Positions 36,263-36,908 of a stretch of DNA of 36,908 bases are shown here, one piece after another. The translations under genes and the position numbers were made by a program. How positions within the stretch are numbered: position 1 is the stretch's first letter; the number at the start of each line of letters is the position of its first letter. Source of the stretch: Clostridiales bacterium (GTDB taxonomy: Bacteria; Bacillota; Clostridia; Oscillospirales; Oscillospiraceae); NCBI GenBank assembly GCA_003516765.1, contig DPCD01000166.1, positions 1 through 36,908 on the forward strand, in the 5' to 3' direction. A model generated the notes under the pieces. That model did no database searches, had not been told where the DNA came from, and saw only the letters and a program-made list of their open reading frames with translations.

Positions 36263-36908
36263 TCACTCCTGTACGCTCGACGGGAACAGCTCGCGGTTGG
36301 TATGGGGCAGGAAGCACGCCGCCACAAATTCGTCCATGTACCGCGGATTCGTCGAAAGCTCCATATATGTCATGTTGGATGCAATCTCATGCACCTTTTC
36401 GTTTGCGCGTTCCGAGCGCACCATTGCGTAGGCGCCAGCAAGCGAGGTGTTGCCGAGGTAGGTAAACAGACTCCGGTCGATATCGGGCAGCATGCCGATG
36501 CGCACGGCGTTTTCCATGTTGATGCCAGAGCCGATGCCGCCGGCAACGTAGACATGCTCGAGAACCGTCACGTCCATATCCAGAGAAGAGAGCATGATGT
36601 TGATGGCGGAGAAGATCGCGCCCTTGGCGCGGATGAACGAGTCGATGTCGACCTCGGTGATCGAAATTTCGCGTCCGGTTTCGCTCTCGTCGGGTCTTGC
36701 GAGAATATATCTTCCCATGCCGTGCTCGTCGTGGGCGACTCTGCCGCCCTCGCGGACGAATTTGCCCTTCGAGGAGATGATGGAGGTGCGGTAGAGCTCG
36801 GCAATCACATCGATGATACCCGAGCCGCAGATGCCGACAGGCTTCTGACCTTCGTCACCGACGATGGTGAGCTTCGGCTCCATGGTATCTTTGTCAATGG
36901 ACACGGCC
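36263..36908 (-). CDS. ASKHA-domain reductive activator of corrinoid enzymes (RACo/AcsV-like), C-terminal part; continues beyond the window
   Basis: PVGICGSGIID, IRAKGAI, YVAGGIGS, IGMLPD, GNTSLAGA, ELS..FVAACFLPHT...FP. Confidence 0.9.
   Translation of the reverse strand, partial: AVSIDKDTMEPKLTIVGDEGQKPVGICGSGIIDVIAELYRTSIISSKGKFVREGGRVAHDEHGMGRYILARPDESETGREISITEVDIDSFIRAKGAIFSAINIMLSSLDMDVTVLEHVYVAGGIGSGINMENAVRIGMLPDIDRSLFTYLGNTSLAGAYAMVRSERANEKVHEIASNMTYMELSTNPRYMDEFVAACFLPHTNRELFPSSVQE

Overview
Window from a GC-rich anaerobic Firmicute (Oscillospiraceae/Clostridia-like by gene content; this is an inference). (1) 1-832: stacked IS remnants (IS256 transposase fragment, probable IS66 end, IS21 istB fragment with its repeated right end). 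(2) 873-6330: an AT-rich minus-strand island encoding an unknown 487-489 aa protein and a complete CUT2 monosaccharide ABC importer, with a sigma70 promoter and a LacI-type operator. (3) 6414-13300: a patchwork of fused gene fragments (IS30/XRE chimera, AAA_25 ATPase, ChvE-like binding protein, truncated D-2-hydroxyacid dehydrogenase, ATC-hydrolase tail) around intact IclR, Ogt and PEPCK-like DUF4914 genes. (4) 13382-19233: MarR, a heterodimeric ABC exporter, an alpha/beta hydrolase-like gene and rsgA. (5) 20345-28628: the most notable region, a decapitated oppF, an M20 amidohydrolase, three divergent MmgE/PrpD paralogues, a LeuC/LeuD-type hydro-lyase with non-canonical motifs and DUF1847, probably an undescribed catabolic pathway for a polycarboxylate conjugate. 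(6) 28665-28897: a 36-bp hairpin duplicated around a palindrome-rich insert. (7) 28901-36908: C1/corrinoid genes (ASKHA corrinoid activator, DUF3786, a trigger-factor-like protein without the ribosome-binding domain, fhs, fchA, a probably monofunctional folD, DUF1576). All family calls come from motif recognition by eye; no database searches were run.
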